A DNA stretch of 64,000 bases from Actinomycetes bacterium (GCA_021791195.1 JAJYXB010000022.1:4063-68062), one strand, 5' to 3'. Positions 27,386 through 37,558 are shown, numbered from the stretch's first letter. Notes: generated by a model from the letters alone, not told the origin. Program-made: numbers and translations.

Positions 27386-28570
27386 TCAAATATCCGTGTT
27401 TGACGCGCCGGTATCTTCACCGGCCATCGCCTGGGTGCGGCTGACCGCCTCCCTGAACGCCGCGGTGATATCACCGCTGGCTTCATAGGCGCGGATCTGC
27501 CGCAGGGCCCCGTTCCCGTTCTTGAGGAGATTTTCCACCTGTGCCATATGGCGTCCCAGACCCAGCTGTTCCTGCGCCCCGGTGCTGTAATCGATTATTT
27601 CGCGGATAGCGTCCCCGGCCGGGAGTTCGCGGCGGGTGTTGAAGTCCACCAGCCTGCCGTCCAGGCCATGACGGATGGCGCGCCAGAAATTCTCTTCCAC
27701 CTCGTGCGTGGTCAGGACCGGCAGGCGCCGCCCCTCATCGTAATCTGCCGCCAGCTGTGCCACCATCGCCAGCGTCAGCGCCGCGACCGCCATGGTGTCA
27801 CGGACGTCGCCCTGGCAGTCGCAGATGCGCACCTCGAGCGTGCCCATCAGGGGATGCGGTCTGATGCTCCACCAGATCTCGGTAGGCTCGCTGATGCAAT
27901 TGGTGGCAAACAGCGTTTCCACCAGCCCGGCATACTCATCCCAGCCGTGGAACGGACCCGGAATGCCACAGCGGGGGAAGAACTTGGTAAACAGCTGCGA
28001 TCTGGCAGAGTGCAGAAAAGTGTAGCGGCCCTCGGAAAACGGGGAGTTGGCCGACAGCGCCAGCAGGTGCGGCAGATATCCGCGCATGGCGTTGAAGACC
28101 GCGATCATCCGTTCCCGGCCGCGGATGCCGACATGCGTGTGCATGCCGAATGTGACATTGCGCCAGGCGCAGTAGCGGAGCTCCCGGTCGATGAGGCGGT
28201 AGTGGGGGGTATCGATGATGCGCTGATCCTGCCAGTCCGCAAACGGGTGCGTACCGGTGGCCCCCAGCGTGAGCTCAAGCTCGGCCGCGGAGGCGAACAG
28301 CTGCCGGCGCTTGTCCAGCAGGTCGGCTTCGGCCTCGGCGGCCGAATTGCTGATGCCAGTACAGATCTCGATTTCAGAGGCTATCAGTTCGCCGCGGACG
28401 GAGTTTCCCAGGCGCGCCTGCGCTTTCTGCTGCAGCTCCTCGAAACGCGGCGTCAGCTCCAGCGTCGCCGGATCCAGCAGCTGGAATTCTTCCTCGATGC
28501 CCAGGGTGAAGTCCTCTGTGCCATCAAAGCGGGCCGCTACCTGCTCCATGCTGTAGCGCTCCGGTGTCAC
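27386..28570 (-). CDS. ybdK: carboxylate-amine ligase, YbdK/GCS2 family
   Basis: FTLGIEEEFQLLD..., ...GTHPF..., HTHVGI are typical of glutamate-cysteine ligase family 2. Confidence 0.85.
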   Translation of the reverse strand: MTPERYSMEQVAARFDGTEDFTLGIEEEFQLLDPATLELTPRFEELQQKAQARLGNSVRGELIASEIEICTGISNSAAEAEADLLDKRRQLFASAAELELTLGATGTHPFADWQDQRIIDTPHYRLIDRELRYCAWRNVTFGMHTHVGIRGRERMIAVFNAMRGYLPHLLALSANSPFSEGRYTFLHSARSQLFTKFFPRCGIPGPFHGWDEYAGLVETLFATNCISEPTEIWWSIRPHPLMGTLEVRICDCQGDVRDTMAVAALTLAMVAQLAADYDEGRRLPVLTTHEVEENFWRAIRHGLDGRLVDFNTRRELPAGDAIREIIDYSTGAQEQLGLGRHMAQVENLLKNGNGALRQIRAYEASGDITAAFREAVSRTQAMAGEDTGASNTDI

Positions 28571-28573
28571 GGG

Positions 28574-29893
28574 CTACTGTGAGCGCTCGTTAAGCCGGAT
28601 CAGGTCTTCGTATGTCTCCCGCCTGATGACCACGCGCGCATTTCCGTCGCGGACAAAAACCACGGCCGGCCTCGGCTGGCCGTTGTAGTTGCTGGCCATC
28701 GAATAGCCGTAGGCGCCGGTTGCCGGTGTCACGAGGATGTCGCCAGGCGCCGGGTCTGGCAGCGGCGCGTCCTTAACCAGGATATCTCCCGATTCACAGT
28801 GCTTGCCCGCAATGGTGACCGTCTCCGTCGGGGCGGCCTCGGGCCGGCTGGCGATCAGGGCGGTGTAGGCGGCGCCGTAAAGCGCCGGCCGCAGATTGTC
28901 CGACATGCCTCCGTTGACGGCGGCATACTTTCTCACGCCGGGGATGCTCTTGATGGTTTCGATTTCGTACGCGGTCAGTCCGGCGTTGGCGACGATCGAG
29001 CGGCCCGGCTCCACCGCGATCCGCGGCAGCTCGAGCCCGGCCCGCCTTGTCTCGGCGGCGACTGCGCTGGTGACCGCTTCGGCGTAATCGGCCACAGATG
29101 GCGGCTGGTCATCCGCGGTATAGGCGATGCCCAGGCCGCCGCCCATGTCCAGCAAACGGCACTCAAAGCCGAGCTGCTCACGGCACTGGGCCATGAAGTC
29201 CGCTATCACCGCGGCAGTTTTGCGGTAAGGCTCCATGGAGAAGATCTGGGAGCCGATGTGGCAGTGAAGCCCCATGAGCTCGAGGTGGGCGGCTGCCATG
29301 GCGGCTTTGACTGCCGCCAGCGCCGCGTCTTCGCTCAAGGTGAATCCGAACTTCGAATCCTGCTTGCCGGTCTGGATGTAATCGTGAGTGTGCGCCTCGA
29401 TGCCGGGCGTGACCCTGAGCAGCACCGGCTGGATGCGGCCGGCCTGGGCGGCGACTTCATCGAGAACGCCAAGCTCATCCAGCGAGTCGAGCACGACATG
29501 GCCGACCTCGTTGCGGACGGCCTGGTGAAGCTCGTCCCGGGTGTTGGCATTACCGTGCAGGAAGATTTCCTCCGGCGGGAACCACGCTGACAGCGCTGTG
29601 AACAGCTCGCCTCCGGAGGCGACATCCAGCGACAGGCCCTCCTCGGCCATCAGCTGAAAGAGCGCCAGGCAGGCAAAGGCCTTGCTGGCGTAGATTATGC
29701 GCGCGCCCTCGGCCCGGCTCTCGAACGCCCGGCGATATTCGCGGCAGCGGCTCCTGATCTCCTGCTCGTCATAGATGAACAGTGGCGTACCGAACTCACC
29801 GGCAAGCCCGGCGACGTCGCAGCCGCCGACCTCGAGATGACCGCCGGCGTTAACCCGCGTGGACCGCGGCAGTGGTGGGATGATGATGCTCAT
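28574..29893 (-). CDS. lysA: diaminopimelate decarboxylase
   Basis: PLP-dependent Orn/DAP/Arg decarboxylase motifs: YASKAF, HCHIGSQ, GGGLGIAY, EPGRSIVA and CESGD. Confidence 0.93.
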   Translation of the reverse strand: MSIIIPPLPRSTRVNAGGHLEVGGCDVAGLAGEFGTPLFIYDEQEIRSRCREYRRAFESRAEGARIIYASKAFACLALFQLMAEEGLSLDVASGGELFTALSAWFPPEEIFLHGNANTRDELHQAVRNEVGHVVLDSLDELGVLDEVAAQAGRIQPVLLRVTPGIEAHTHDYIQTGKQDSKFGFTLSEDAALAAVKAAMAAAHLELMGLHCHIGSQIFSMEPYRKTAAVIADFMAQCREQLGFECRLLDMGGGLGIAYTADDQPPSVADYAEAVTSAVAAETRRAGLELPRIAVEPGRSIVANAGLTAYEIETIKSIPGVRKYAAVNGGMSDNLRPALYGAAYTALIASRPEAAPTETVTIAGKHCESGDILVKDAPLPDPAPGDILVTPATGAYGYSMASNYNGQPRPAVVFVRDGNARVVIRRETYEDLIRLNERSQ

Positions 29894-30093
29894 TGGAACC
29901 AGAAAATTAACACAGCGCCGCGCGGTCGGTCAAACATCCCGCGGCGTACGCAGCCCGCCGGACGGCGCATGCGGGGCTTCTGAGAGCCGGCCGTCAGCCG
30001 GAGTACACCCGGGCGGACATGAAGATGCCGCTCACTTTCGGCGCCCAGATGCGGCCGGGCGGCGCGCGGAACTCCCCATAGTGGCTTGAGCCC

Positions 30094-30504
30094 GTGATTC
30101 CGCCTCTGATATCATCCTTGTGGATGACGGCGGCCAAATTCAATTTCACGTCTTACATGGGGGACACGCCTCCGCAATTTGCCAACCGCAGCGAGGAGGA
30201 ATGCGCCCGCATCCTCGACTATTACCGGATCCCCTGGATGTACGAGCCGCGCACCTTCGTTCTCGAGCGTGACGTTCAGGGAAGCGTCATCGAAGCCTTC
30301 ACGCCTGACTTCTACCTGCCCGAACAGGATCTGTTCGTCGAACTGACCACGATGAAGCAGGCGCACGTCACCAAGAAGAACATGAAGATCCGCAAGGTGC
30401 GGGAGCGGTTCCCCGAAATCAACATCAAGCTCTTCTACAAGAAGGACTTCCTCAAGCTGGCGCAGAAATTTGACATCGCGGCCGAGGAAGAGCACGGCCG
30501 CTGA
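30094..30504 (+). CDS. hypothetical protein, possible PD-(D/E)XK-like fold
   Basis: 136-aa ORF (GTG; alternative ATGs at 30124 and 30157) with FTPDFYLPEQDLFVELTTMK. It lies upstream of hpt. Confidence 0.5.
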   Translation: MIPPLISSLWMTAAKFNFTSYMGDTPPQFANRSEEECARILDYYRIPWMYEPRTFVLERDVQGSVIEAFTPDFYLPEQDLFVELTTMKQAHVTKKNMKIRKVRERFPEINIKLFYKKDFLKLAQKFDIAAEEEHGR

Positions 30505-30556
30505 CCGATGCCGTCTGGCGCAACGCCGGACCGGAAAACGCGATGGGGGAAGGCGA

Positions 30557-31105
30557 TTGGCGCAGACGGGTGACATCCGGCAGCTGATAGGAGAAACATA
30601 TCTGGACGAGGACGCCATCGCGGCCAAGGTGGCGGAGCTGGGGCGCCGGATCTCCGCGGACTATCAGGGGCGGGAGCTCCTGCTCATCTCCATCCTCAAG
30701 GGAGCGGTGATATTCCTGGCCGACCTGGCCCGCGAGATCACGGTGCCGGTGGCGCTGGACTTCATCGCCATCTCCAGCTACCGCCGCGACCGGCGCGAAA
30801 ATGAGAGCTACACGGTGCGGTTCCTCAAGGACCTGGACCAGGACATCGAAGGTCGCGACGTACTCATTGTCGAGGATGTGATCGACACCGGCCTGACGCT
30901 TAATTACATCACCCGCAACCTGCGCCTGCGCCAGCCGGCGTCGCTGGAGATCGCCACCCTGCTGGACCGGCCCTATCGCCGGCTGGTCGACCTGCCGGTC
31001 AAGTACCAGGGATTCCAGGTGCCTGACGAGTTCTTTGTCGGCTACGGCTTCGACCATCAGCAGCGGCTGCGCAATCTGCCGCGGATCGCGCGCCTGAACA
31101 TCTAG
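30557..31105 (+). CDS. hpt: hypoxanthine phosphoribosyltransferase
   Basis: LLISILKGAVIFLADL and the PRPP motif VLIVEDVIDTGLTL. The listed ORF starts at 30470, but an in-frame TTG at 30557 behind GGGGGAAGG gives the usual ~182-aa length. Confidence 0.88.
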   Translation: MAQTGDIRQLIGETYLDEDAIAAKVAELGRRISADYQGRELLLISILKGAVIFLADLAREITVPVALDFIAISSYRRDRRENESYTVRFLKDLDQDIEGRDVLIVEDVIDTGLTLNYITRNLRLRQPASLEIATLLDRPYRRLVDLPVKYQGFQVPDEFFVGYGFDHQQRLRNLPRIARLNI

Positions 31106-31132
31106 CGCCGCCGGCAGGCCGCCGCGTGGGGG

Positions 31133-31702
31133 CTAATTCAGAATGCCGCTGAGTTTCTGCTCGAATTCACTCTGGGACATCGGGCCGATGTAGAAAGAGA
31201 CGATATCGCCCTTTGCGTCGATGAAGAAGGTCGTGGGGATGCCGCTATAGGGCACGATGGCCGCCTGCTGGTAGTTATAGAGGTTGTCCCCTTTGGGGTC
31301 CAGGCCGATCGTGTACGCCAGCCCGTATTTCTGGGCGAAGGCCCGCTGGTCGTCAGGCTTGTCCCTCACCGCCATCCCCACGAAGGTGACGCGGTCCTTG
31401 TACCTGTTGTACATCGCCGCGAGCATGGGGGCCTCCTCGTTACAGGGTCCGCACCACGAAGCGCCGAAGTTAAGCACGATGGGCTTGCCTTTGACGTCGC
31501 CGGAGGTGAGGTGCGAGCCCAGGATCGTCTGCACGGAAAAATCCGGTGCTTTCCTGGCGCCCGTTGACGAAGTACCAGCTCCGGCGCCGCCGCAGCCGGC
31601 AAAAAGCGGCGCGATGAAGAGCAGTGCCAGCAGCGGCAGGAGCAGCGGCAGGAATAGCCGCAGGAAAAGTCGAATGCGAAACGCCTTGAAGGGATTATTC
31701 AT
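31133..31702 (-). CDS. TlpA/ResA-type thiol-disulfide oxidoreductase (membrane-anchored or secreted)
   Basis: N-terminal hydrophobic anchor, a thioredoxin fold and the WCGPC active site. Confidence 0.85.
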   Translation of the reverse strand: MNNPFKAFRIRLFLRLFLPLLLPLLALLFIAPLFAGCGGAGAGTSSTGARKAPDFSVQTILGSHLTSGDVKGKPIVLNFGASWCGPCNEEAPMLAAMYNRYKDRVTFVGMAVRDKPDDQRAFAQKYGLAYTIGLDPKGDNLYNYQQAAIVPYSGIPTTFFIDAKGDIVSFYIGPMSQSEFEQKLSGILN

Positions 31703-31753
31703 TGGTAGAACTGGTTCTATTGCCTTTCCGGCCCCCGGCCGGAATCAGATGCC

Positions 31754-31966
31754 TCAGCTGCCGCCAAACCCGACCGAGACCTCGTCGCCTTTGACGATGA
31801 CCGGCACCGAGGCCATGCCGGCCCGGGCGATCGCTTCTTCCCTGATGGCGGGATCGGAGGTCACATCCATCTCCCTGAAGGGGACTCCGCGGCTGGCGAG
31901 GTCTTCTTTCGCCGCCTTGCAGTACGGACAACCGGGTTTGGTATAGATGACGACCTCGTCGGTCAT
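31754..31966 (-). CDS. glutaredoxin/NrdH-like small redoxin
   Basis: 70 aa, VVIYTKPGCPYCKAAKEDL. Confidence 0.85.
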   Translation of the reverse strand: MTDEVVIYTKPGCPYCKAAKEDLASRGVPFREMDVTSDPAIREEAIARAGMASVPVIVKGDEVSVGFGGS

Positions 31967-32133
31967 TCGATGTCTCCTTCCTGATGACGGTGCAGTTATT
32001 CTAGCACAGACAGCCGCGAGGTTGCTTTTTGGATATCCCTTATAAATAATGGATGCCGCCCGGCTCCGGCCTTGCCAGTCCCGGGTCTGGAAAGCACCAT
32101 AGCAGCCAAAAAAACTCTGCGCGGGAGGAAAAA

Positions 32134-32892
32134 ATGAGCGGCCGCATACCGGTGATCGCCGGCAACTGGAAGATGTTCAAGACCAACTCCGAGGCGGGCG
32201 CCTATGTCGCCGAGCTGCTGCCGCTGGTGGCTGACGCGGATAGCGTGGAGATTATTATCTGTCCGCCCTTTACCAGCCTGGCGGAGGTCCGGCGGGAGAC
32301 AGAGGGCAGCCGTGTGCGGGTGGCGGCGCAGAACGTGCATTTCGAGCCCGAAGGCGCCTTTACCGGTGAGATTTCTTTGGGGATGCTCCGGGAGATCGGC
32401 ATCAGCGATGTCATCCTGGGCCACTCCGAGCGGCGTCAGTACTTCTGCGAGAACGACGCGGACCTGGCGCGCAAGGTGAGCGCCGCGCTGGGAGCGGGCA
32501 TCCGGCCGATCCTCTGCGTGGGCGAGTCGGACCAGGAGCGCGAATCCGGCCGTACCGGGGAGAAGCTCGGCTCACAGCTGCGCGGCGGGCTCGCCTCCAT
32601 CGATGGCGGCCAGCTTGCCGGCATGATCGTCGCTTACGAGCCCATCTGGGCGATCGGCACCGGCAAGACGGCGACGCCGCAGATCGCGCAGGAGACGATC
32701 AGTTTCATCCGCGGGACGCTCGCGCAGCAGTTCGGCGCTGAAGCTGCCGCCAGCGTCAGGATCCTCTACGGGGGCAGCGTCAAACCGGGCAATATCAGCG
32801 AGCTGATGACCGAGCCGGATATCGACGGGGCTCTGGTCGGGGGCGCCTGCCTGAGCGCCACCGATTTCGCGCAGATAGTAAAATTCGGTTAA
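32134..32892 (+). CDS. tpiA: triosephosphate isomerase
   Basis: IAGNWKM, GHSERR and AYEPIWAIGTG. The ATG at 32134 follows a GGGAGGA RBS; the listed start at 32053 is an upstream extension. Confidence 0.95.
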   Translation: MSGRIPVIAGNWKMFKTNSEAGAYVAELLPLVADADSVEIIICPPFTSLAEVRRETEGSRVRVAAQNVHFEPEGAFTGEISLGMLREIGISDVILGHSERRQYFCENDADLARKVSAALGAGIRPILCVGESDQERESGRTGEKLGSQLRGGLASIDGGQLAGMIVAYEPIWAIGTGKTATPQIAQETISFIRGTLAQQFGAEAAASVRILYGGSVKPGNISELMTEPDIDGALVGGACLSATDFAQIVKFG

Positions 32893-32903
32893 GAGGCTAC
32901 GTT

Positions 32904-34439
32904 TTGTGCCATGATCCGTCTTATGTCTGTCTGATGGTGCTGGACGGCTGGGGCATCGCCCCGTCCGGCCCCGGCAACGCCGTGGAGCTGGCCAGAACGC
33001 CGAACCTGGATGCGCTTTTCGCCCGCTTCCCCCACACGCAGCTGCTGGCTTCCGGCGAGGCGGTGGGGCTGCCGCCGGGCCAGATGGGCAATTCCGAGGT
33101 CGGGCATCTCAACCTGGGCGCCGGCCGGACAGTCTACCAGGATCTCACCCGCATCAACCTGGCCATCAGCGATGGCTCGTTCTTTCAAAACCGGGAACTG
33201 CTCAAGGCCTTCGACCGGTCGGTCGAAAGCGGCGGTGCCGTGCATCTGCTCGGCCTGCTGTCCGACGGCGGCGTTCACAGTGACATCGGCCACCTGAAAG
33301 CGCTGGTCCGGATGGCCCGCCAGCGCCAGTGCAGCCGGCTCTACCTGCATCTTTTTCTTGACGGCCGCGATGTGCCGCCCAAGAGCGGCGCCGCCTACGT
33401 GCGCGAGATCGCCGCGTTCCTCGGGGAGGAAGGCACAGGCACCATCGCCACGATCGCCGGCCGTTACTACGCCATGGACCGCGATAACCGCTGGGACCGC
33501 GTCCGGCTTGCTTACGAGGCGCTCGTGCGTGGCACGGGACCGCATAGCCCGGACCCGGTCGCCCTGGTGGAGCAATCCTGCCGTGACGGGATCACGGACG
33601 AATTCGTCATCCCCACGGTGGTCGATGCCGACCCCGGATCGCGCGTCAGCACCGGGGACAGCGTCATCTTCTTCAATTTCCGTCCGGACCGCGCGCGTGA
33701 GTTGACCAGAGCGTTGATTTTTGATGATTTCTCCGAATTCGACCGCGGGCCGCAGCCACCGTGGCCTTACTTCGTCGGCATGACCGAATACGACGCCACG
33801 TTCGGCAATCCCGTGGCTTTCCCGCCGGAAGAGCTGCGCAACGTGCTGGCGGCGGTGCTGGCCGCGGCTGGCAAGACCCAGCTGCATATCGCCGAAACCG
33901 AGAAATACGCCCATGTGACCTTCTTTTTCAACGGCGGCGCGGAGGCGCTCAATCTAGGCGAGACCAGGAAGCTGATTCCCTCGCCGGCGGATGTCGCCAC
34001 CTACGATCAGAAACCGGCGATGAGCGCCCGTGAAGTCACCGCCGAGCTGCTGAAATTGCTGGACGGCCATCACTTTGATTTCATCGTACTCAACTTCGCC
34101 AACTGCGACATGGTTGGCCACACGGGCAAGCTCGATGCGGCCATCGCCGCGGTCGAGACCGTGGACGAGTGTGTCGGTGAGGTCTGCCGCAAGATCGAAG
34201 CGCAGGGAGGCGTCTGCCTGATCACATCCGATCACGGCAATGCCGAGCGGATGCTCGATGCTGGCGGTGGTCCCGATACGGCTCATACCTCCGACCTGGT
34301 GCCGCTGATAGTCACCTGCGAGGGCATCCAGCTGGACCGGGGACGGGCGCTGGGGGACCTGGCGCCCACCGTGCTTCAGCTGCTCAAGCTGCCGGTTCCG
34401 GCCGAAATGACTGGCCGGCCGCTGATTTCCGCCGGATAG
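32904..34439 (+). CDS. gpmI: 2,3-bisphosphoglycerate-independent phosphoglycerate mutase
   Basis: LMVLDGWG, GQMGNSEVGHLN.GAGR, SDGGVHS and TSDHGNAE. Confidence 0.95.
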   Translation: MCHDPSYVCLMVLDGWGIAPSGPGNAVELARTPNLDALFARFPHTQLLASGEAVGLPPGQMGNSEVGHLNLGAGRTVYQDLTRINLAISDGSFFQNRELLKAFDRSVESGGAVHLLGLLSDGGVHSDIGHLKALVRMARQRQCSRLYLHLFLDGRDVPPKSGAAYVREIAAFLGEEGTGTIATIAGRYYAMDRDNRWDRVRLAYEALVRGTGPHSPDPVALVEQSCRDGITDEFVIPTVVDADPGSRVSTGDSVIFFNFRPDRARELTRALIFDDFSEFDRGPQPPWPYFVGMTEYDATFGNPVAFPPEELRNVLAAVLAAAGKTQLHIAETEKYAHVTFFFNGGAEALNLGETRKLIPSPADVATYDQKPAMSAREVTAELLKLLDGHHFDFIVLNFANCDMVGHTGKLDAAIAAVETVDECVGEVCRKIEAQGGVCLITSDHGNAERMLDAGGGPDTAHTSDLVPLIVTCEGIQLDRGRALGDLAPTVLQLLKLPVPAEMTGRPLISAG

Positions 34440-34519
34440 TTACTACCGGCGGAACTTGCGCTGGTGGCCTGATTGCAGCTATCATCTTGGTTGTCCACAT
34501 TCAACAGGACTGAAAAATT

Positions 34520-34750
34520 ATGCTATATCTCGTGCTTGCCATACATTCTGTTCTCTCCGTCGCCCTAGTGGTGCTGATCCTGCTGCACTCCGGCAAGGGC
34601 GGCGTCTCCGGCATTTTCGGCGGTGGCATGAGCGAGACGTTCAGCGGCACCAGCGTCATCGAGAAGAACCTGACCCGGGCAACGGTGGTCATCGCCACCG
34701 CTTTCTTCATCACCACGGGCCTGCTTGTCTTCGTGCTGACTTCATCCTAG
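34520..34750 (+). CDS. secG: preprotein translocase subunit SecG
   Basis: 76 aa with two TM helices and LLHSGKGGG-type and FGGG motifs. Confidence 0.88.
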   Translation: MLYLVLAIHSVLSVALVVLILLHSGKGGVSGIFGGGMSETFSGTSVIEKNLTRATVVIATAFFITTGLLVFVLTSS

Positions 34751-34938
34751 GCACGAGCCTTTTCGCGGACCGGCCTTCTCCCGCCGCTTTCGCGGCTTCC
34801 TTTTCATCCCCTCAGACTGTTTTTTTGCAGGCATCGCCAGCACCTGAGTGAAATACTTATGGTGCCCGGCAGGGATCCGGCTTGCCGCCGATGATATTTT
34901 CTGCCGGCGGGGTCGTCATCGCCGGCAATTGACCGATT

Positions 34939-35817
34939 ATGGATCATGACAGTGGGAGGAGAGCTTTGGAGATCAACGGAGAAACCAGGCTGATCGGGAT
35001 TTTAGGCGACCCGGTGTCGCATTCGCTGTCGCCCAGGATGCAGAACGCCGCTTTCGACGCCATGGGCCTCAACATCACCTATGTGCCGCTGCCGGTGGCG
35101 CCGGCTCAGCTGGAGGCCGCCGTCGCGGGCCTGCGGGCGATGCGGTTCATCGGCGCCAATGTGACCATCCCCCATAAGGTGCCCGTGTCCGGGCTGTTGG
35201 ACCGGCTCGACGTCTCCGCGAGGCGCGCTGCGGCGGTCAACACGATCGTCAATGACGATGGTGTCCTTACCGGGCACAATACCGACGGAGCCGGATTTAT
35301 CCGTGCCCTCACCGAAACAGCCGTGGTCGATTTCCGTCAGGCTGCCACTGTCATCTTCGGCGCCGGCGGCGCCGCGCGCTCAGTTGCCATGGCCCTTGCG
35401 GGAGCCGGCGTTCCCGAAATCGCGCTGGTTAACCGGACGCTGGCAAAGGCGGACGAGTTGAAGGCGCTGATAGAGGCGGAATTCCCCGCAGTGACCGTGG
35501 TCGCTTCGGTGCCGGATGCCGCGGCCGCGCGCCTGCTTTCCGCCAGTAAAATAGTGATCAATGCCACTTCTCTCGGTATGGTCGGCGACCTAAAGAGTGT
35601 CCCCTTCGACGTCGATAAATTATCGGAAGGGCATGTCGTCTGCGACCTGGTCTACACAAGATCAACGGCAACTCCTCTGTCGGTCGCGGCGAAAAAAAAG
35701 GGGGCGACCTTTATGGGCGGTCTGCAAATGCTTCTGATGCAAGGAGCTGCATCCACCCAGATATGGACCGGCAAGGAACCCCCCATTGATGTAATGAGGA
35801 AGGCACTTGAACCCTAG
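34939..35817 (+). CDS. aroE: shikimate dehydrogenase
   Basis: GILGDPVSHSLSPRMQNAAF, NVTIPHK, NTDG and GAGGAAR. An alternative TTG start at 34966 follows GGGAGGAG. Confidence 0.92.
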   Translation: MDHDSGRRALEINGETRLIGILGDPVSHSLSPRMQNAAFDAMGLNITYVPLPVAPAQLEAAVAGLRAMRFIGANVTIPHKVPVSGLLDRLDVSARRAAAVNTIVNDDGVLTGHNTDGAGFIRALTETAVVDFRQAATVIFGAGGAARSVAMALAGAGVPEIALVNRTLAKADELKALIEAEFPAVTVVASVPDAAAARLLSASKIVINATSLGMVGDLKSVPFDVDKLSEGHVVCDLVYTRSTATPLSVAAKKKGATFMGGLQMLLMQGAASTQIWTGKEPPIDVMRKALEP

Positions 35818-37519
35818 CGAACTCTCAGCCCGCAAGACGCGGAAGCTTCAACCTATCGGCGAGATCCTGGTAGGCAAGGGGCTGATCACCCGCGATCAGC
35901 TGAACGCGGTTCTGGAGAAGCAGAAGGATACGCCCAAGCGGCTGGGCGAGATCCTGGTCGAAGACGGCATCCTGTCGCAGGACCAGCTTAACCATGCACT
36001 GGCGGAGCGCCTGGGCGTCGAGCACATCGGGCTGACCGAGCATGATGTCGACTCGCTGGCCGCCAACATGATCCCCGAGAAGCTTGCCCGGCGCTACGGC
36101 GCCATACCTGTCAGGTTCCTGGACGAGAATACGCTGCTGATGGCGATGGTCGATCCGACCAACGTATTCGCCATCGACGATCTGCGGATGATGACCGGCT
36201 ACGACATCAAGCCGGCTATCGCTTCCGCAGAGGACGTGTTCGGCCAGATCTCGAAGATTCACCGGCTGGGCGACTCGGTCGACGAGGAAGTCAGCGCCGA
36301 AGAAGAGGAGCTTATCGCCGACACGCCCGTGTCGGCTGACATCCGCGAGGCGGCGTCCGAGGCTCCGATCGTCAAACTGGTCAACAGCATCATCAGCCAG
36401 GGCGTCGATGACGGCGCCAGCGACCTTCATTTCGAGCCCCAGGAAAAGGAACTTGTCATCCGCTTCCGGATCGATGGCGTTCTGCACGAGATCATGTCCA
36501 TCCCCAAGCGCATGCAGTCAGGGGTGCTCTCGCGCATCAAGGTGATGTCGGATCTGGATATCGCCGAACGGCGCATCCCTCAGGATGGCCGCATCGGCCT
36601 CACCGTCGGCGGCAAGCCCATCGATGTGCGCGTCGCTTCGATGCCTACCGTTTACGGCGAGAAGATTGTCATGCGCCTGCTGGACAAGAGCAGCGTGATG
36701 CTCAACCTGACCGACCTCGGCTTTTCCCAGAAGGCGTTGAGCCGCTACGAGACAGCTTTTCGCAAACCTTACGGAGCCCTGCTGGTGACCGGACCGACCG
36801 GCAGCGGCAAATCCACAACGCTTTACGCGACGCTCAACGTGCTTAATTCCAGGGAGAAGAACATCATCACCGTCGAGGATCCGGTGGAATACCGGCTGGG
36901 AGGCATCAACCAGACCCAGATCAACACCAAGGCCGGGCTGACGTTCGCCTCAGGCCTGAGGGCGATCCTCAGGTCCGACCCCGATATCGTCATGGTCGGC
37001 GAGGTCCGCGACAAGGAGACGGCGCAGATCGCCATCGAATCGGCGCTTACCGGCCACCTGGTCCTGAGCACGCTCCATACCAACGATGCTCCCGGAGCGC
37101 TGAGCCGGCTCTCCGAGATGGGGATCGAACCCTTCCTGACGGCTTCGGCGATCGAGTGCGTGCTGGCGCAGAGGCTGGCGCGAAAGCTCTGTACTCACTG
37201 CAAGGAGCCCTTCCAGCCTTCCGATGAGGCGCTCCGGCAGGGCGGGTTTCCCCAGGAAGTGATGGGACGCGGCATCACTCTTTACCGGGCCAAAGGCTGT
37301 CCGCGCTGCAACAATACCGGTTACAAGGGTCGTCTTGGCATCTATGAAGTCATGCTGGTCAGCGAAGCCATCGAGCGCCTTACGGTTGAGCGCAAAAGTG
37401 CCGATGAGATTTCAAGAGTGGCTCAGGCTGAAGGCATGGTCACACTCAAAGAGGACGGGATACAAAAAGTCCTCAAGGGAGAGACTTCGGTGGAAGAGAT
37501 CGCCAGGGTCATTGTCTAG
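35807..37519 (+). CDS. pilB: type IV pilus assembly ATPase PilB (GspE family) with MshEN-type N-terminus
   Basis: T2SSE N-domain, Walker A GPTGSGKSTTLYA and the tetracysteine CTHC...CPRC. It overlaps the aroE end by 11 nt. Confidence 0.93.
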   Translation: MNPSELSARKTRKLQPIGEILVGKGLITRDQLNAVLEKQKDTPKRLGEILVEDGILSQDQLNHALAERLGVEHIGLTEHDVDSLAANMIPEKLARRYGAIPVRFLDENTLLMAMVDPTNVFAIDDLRMMTGYDIKPAIASAEDVFGQISKIHRLGDSVDEEVSAEEEELIADTPVSADIREAASEAPIVKLVNSIISQGVDDGASDLHFEPQEKELVIRFRIDGVLHEIMSIPKRMQSGVLSRIKVMSDLDIAERRIPQDGRIGLTVGGKPIDVRVASMPTVYGEKIVMRLLDKSSVMLNLTDLGFSQKALSRYETAFRKPYGALLVTGPTGSGKSTTLYATLNVLNSREKNIITVEDPVEYRLGGINQTQINTKAGLTFASGLRAILRSDPDIVMVGEVRDKETAQIAIESALTGHLVLSTLHTNDAPGALSRLSEMGIEPFLTASAIECVLAQRLARKLCTHCKEPFQPSDEALRQGGFPQEVMGRGITLYRAKGCPRCNNTGYKGRLGIYEVMLVSEAIERLTVERKSADEISRVAQAEGMVTLKEDGIQKVLKGETSVEEIARVIV

Positions 37520-37558
37520 CAACTGTAAACCAAGGCAGGAAGAGGGGGAGACCTCAAA

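Noticed and set aside
29894-30093. Lysine (L-box) riboswitch upstream of lysA.
   Set aside because: The reverse complement shows no AGAGGNGC...GUAA...CUGG-type L-box core. The region is GC-rich without the expected multi-stem signature.
32889-33914. 341-aa minus-strand ORF opposite gpmI. The same applies to 54093..55241 opposite the IlvD/Edd gene, 62063..63286 opposite the NlpC/P60 gene, 39707..40804 opposite the sigma gene, and 41567..42430 and 43707..44465 opposite pilin genes.
   Set aside because: The same reasoning applies. The opposite strand carries a protein with recognisable family motifs.
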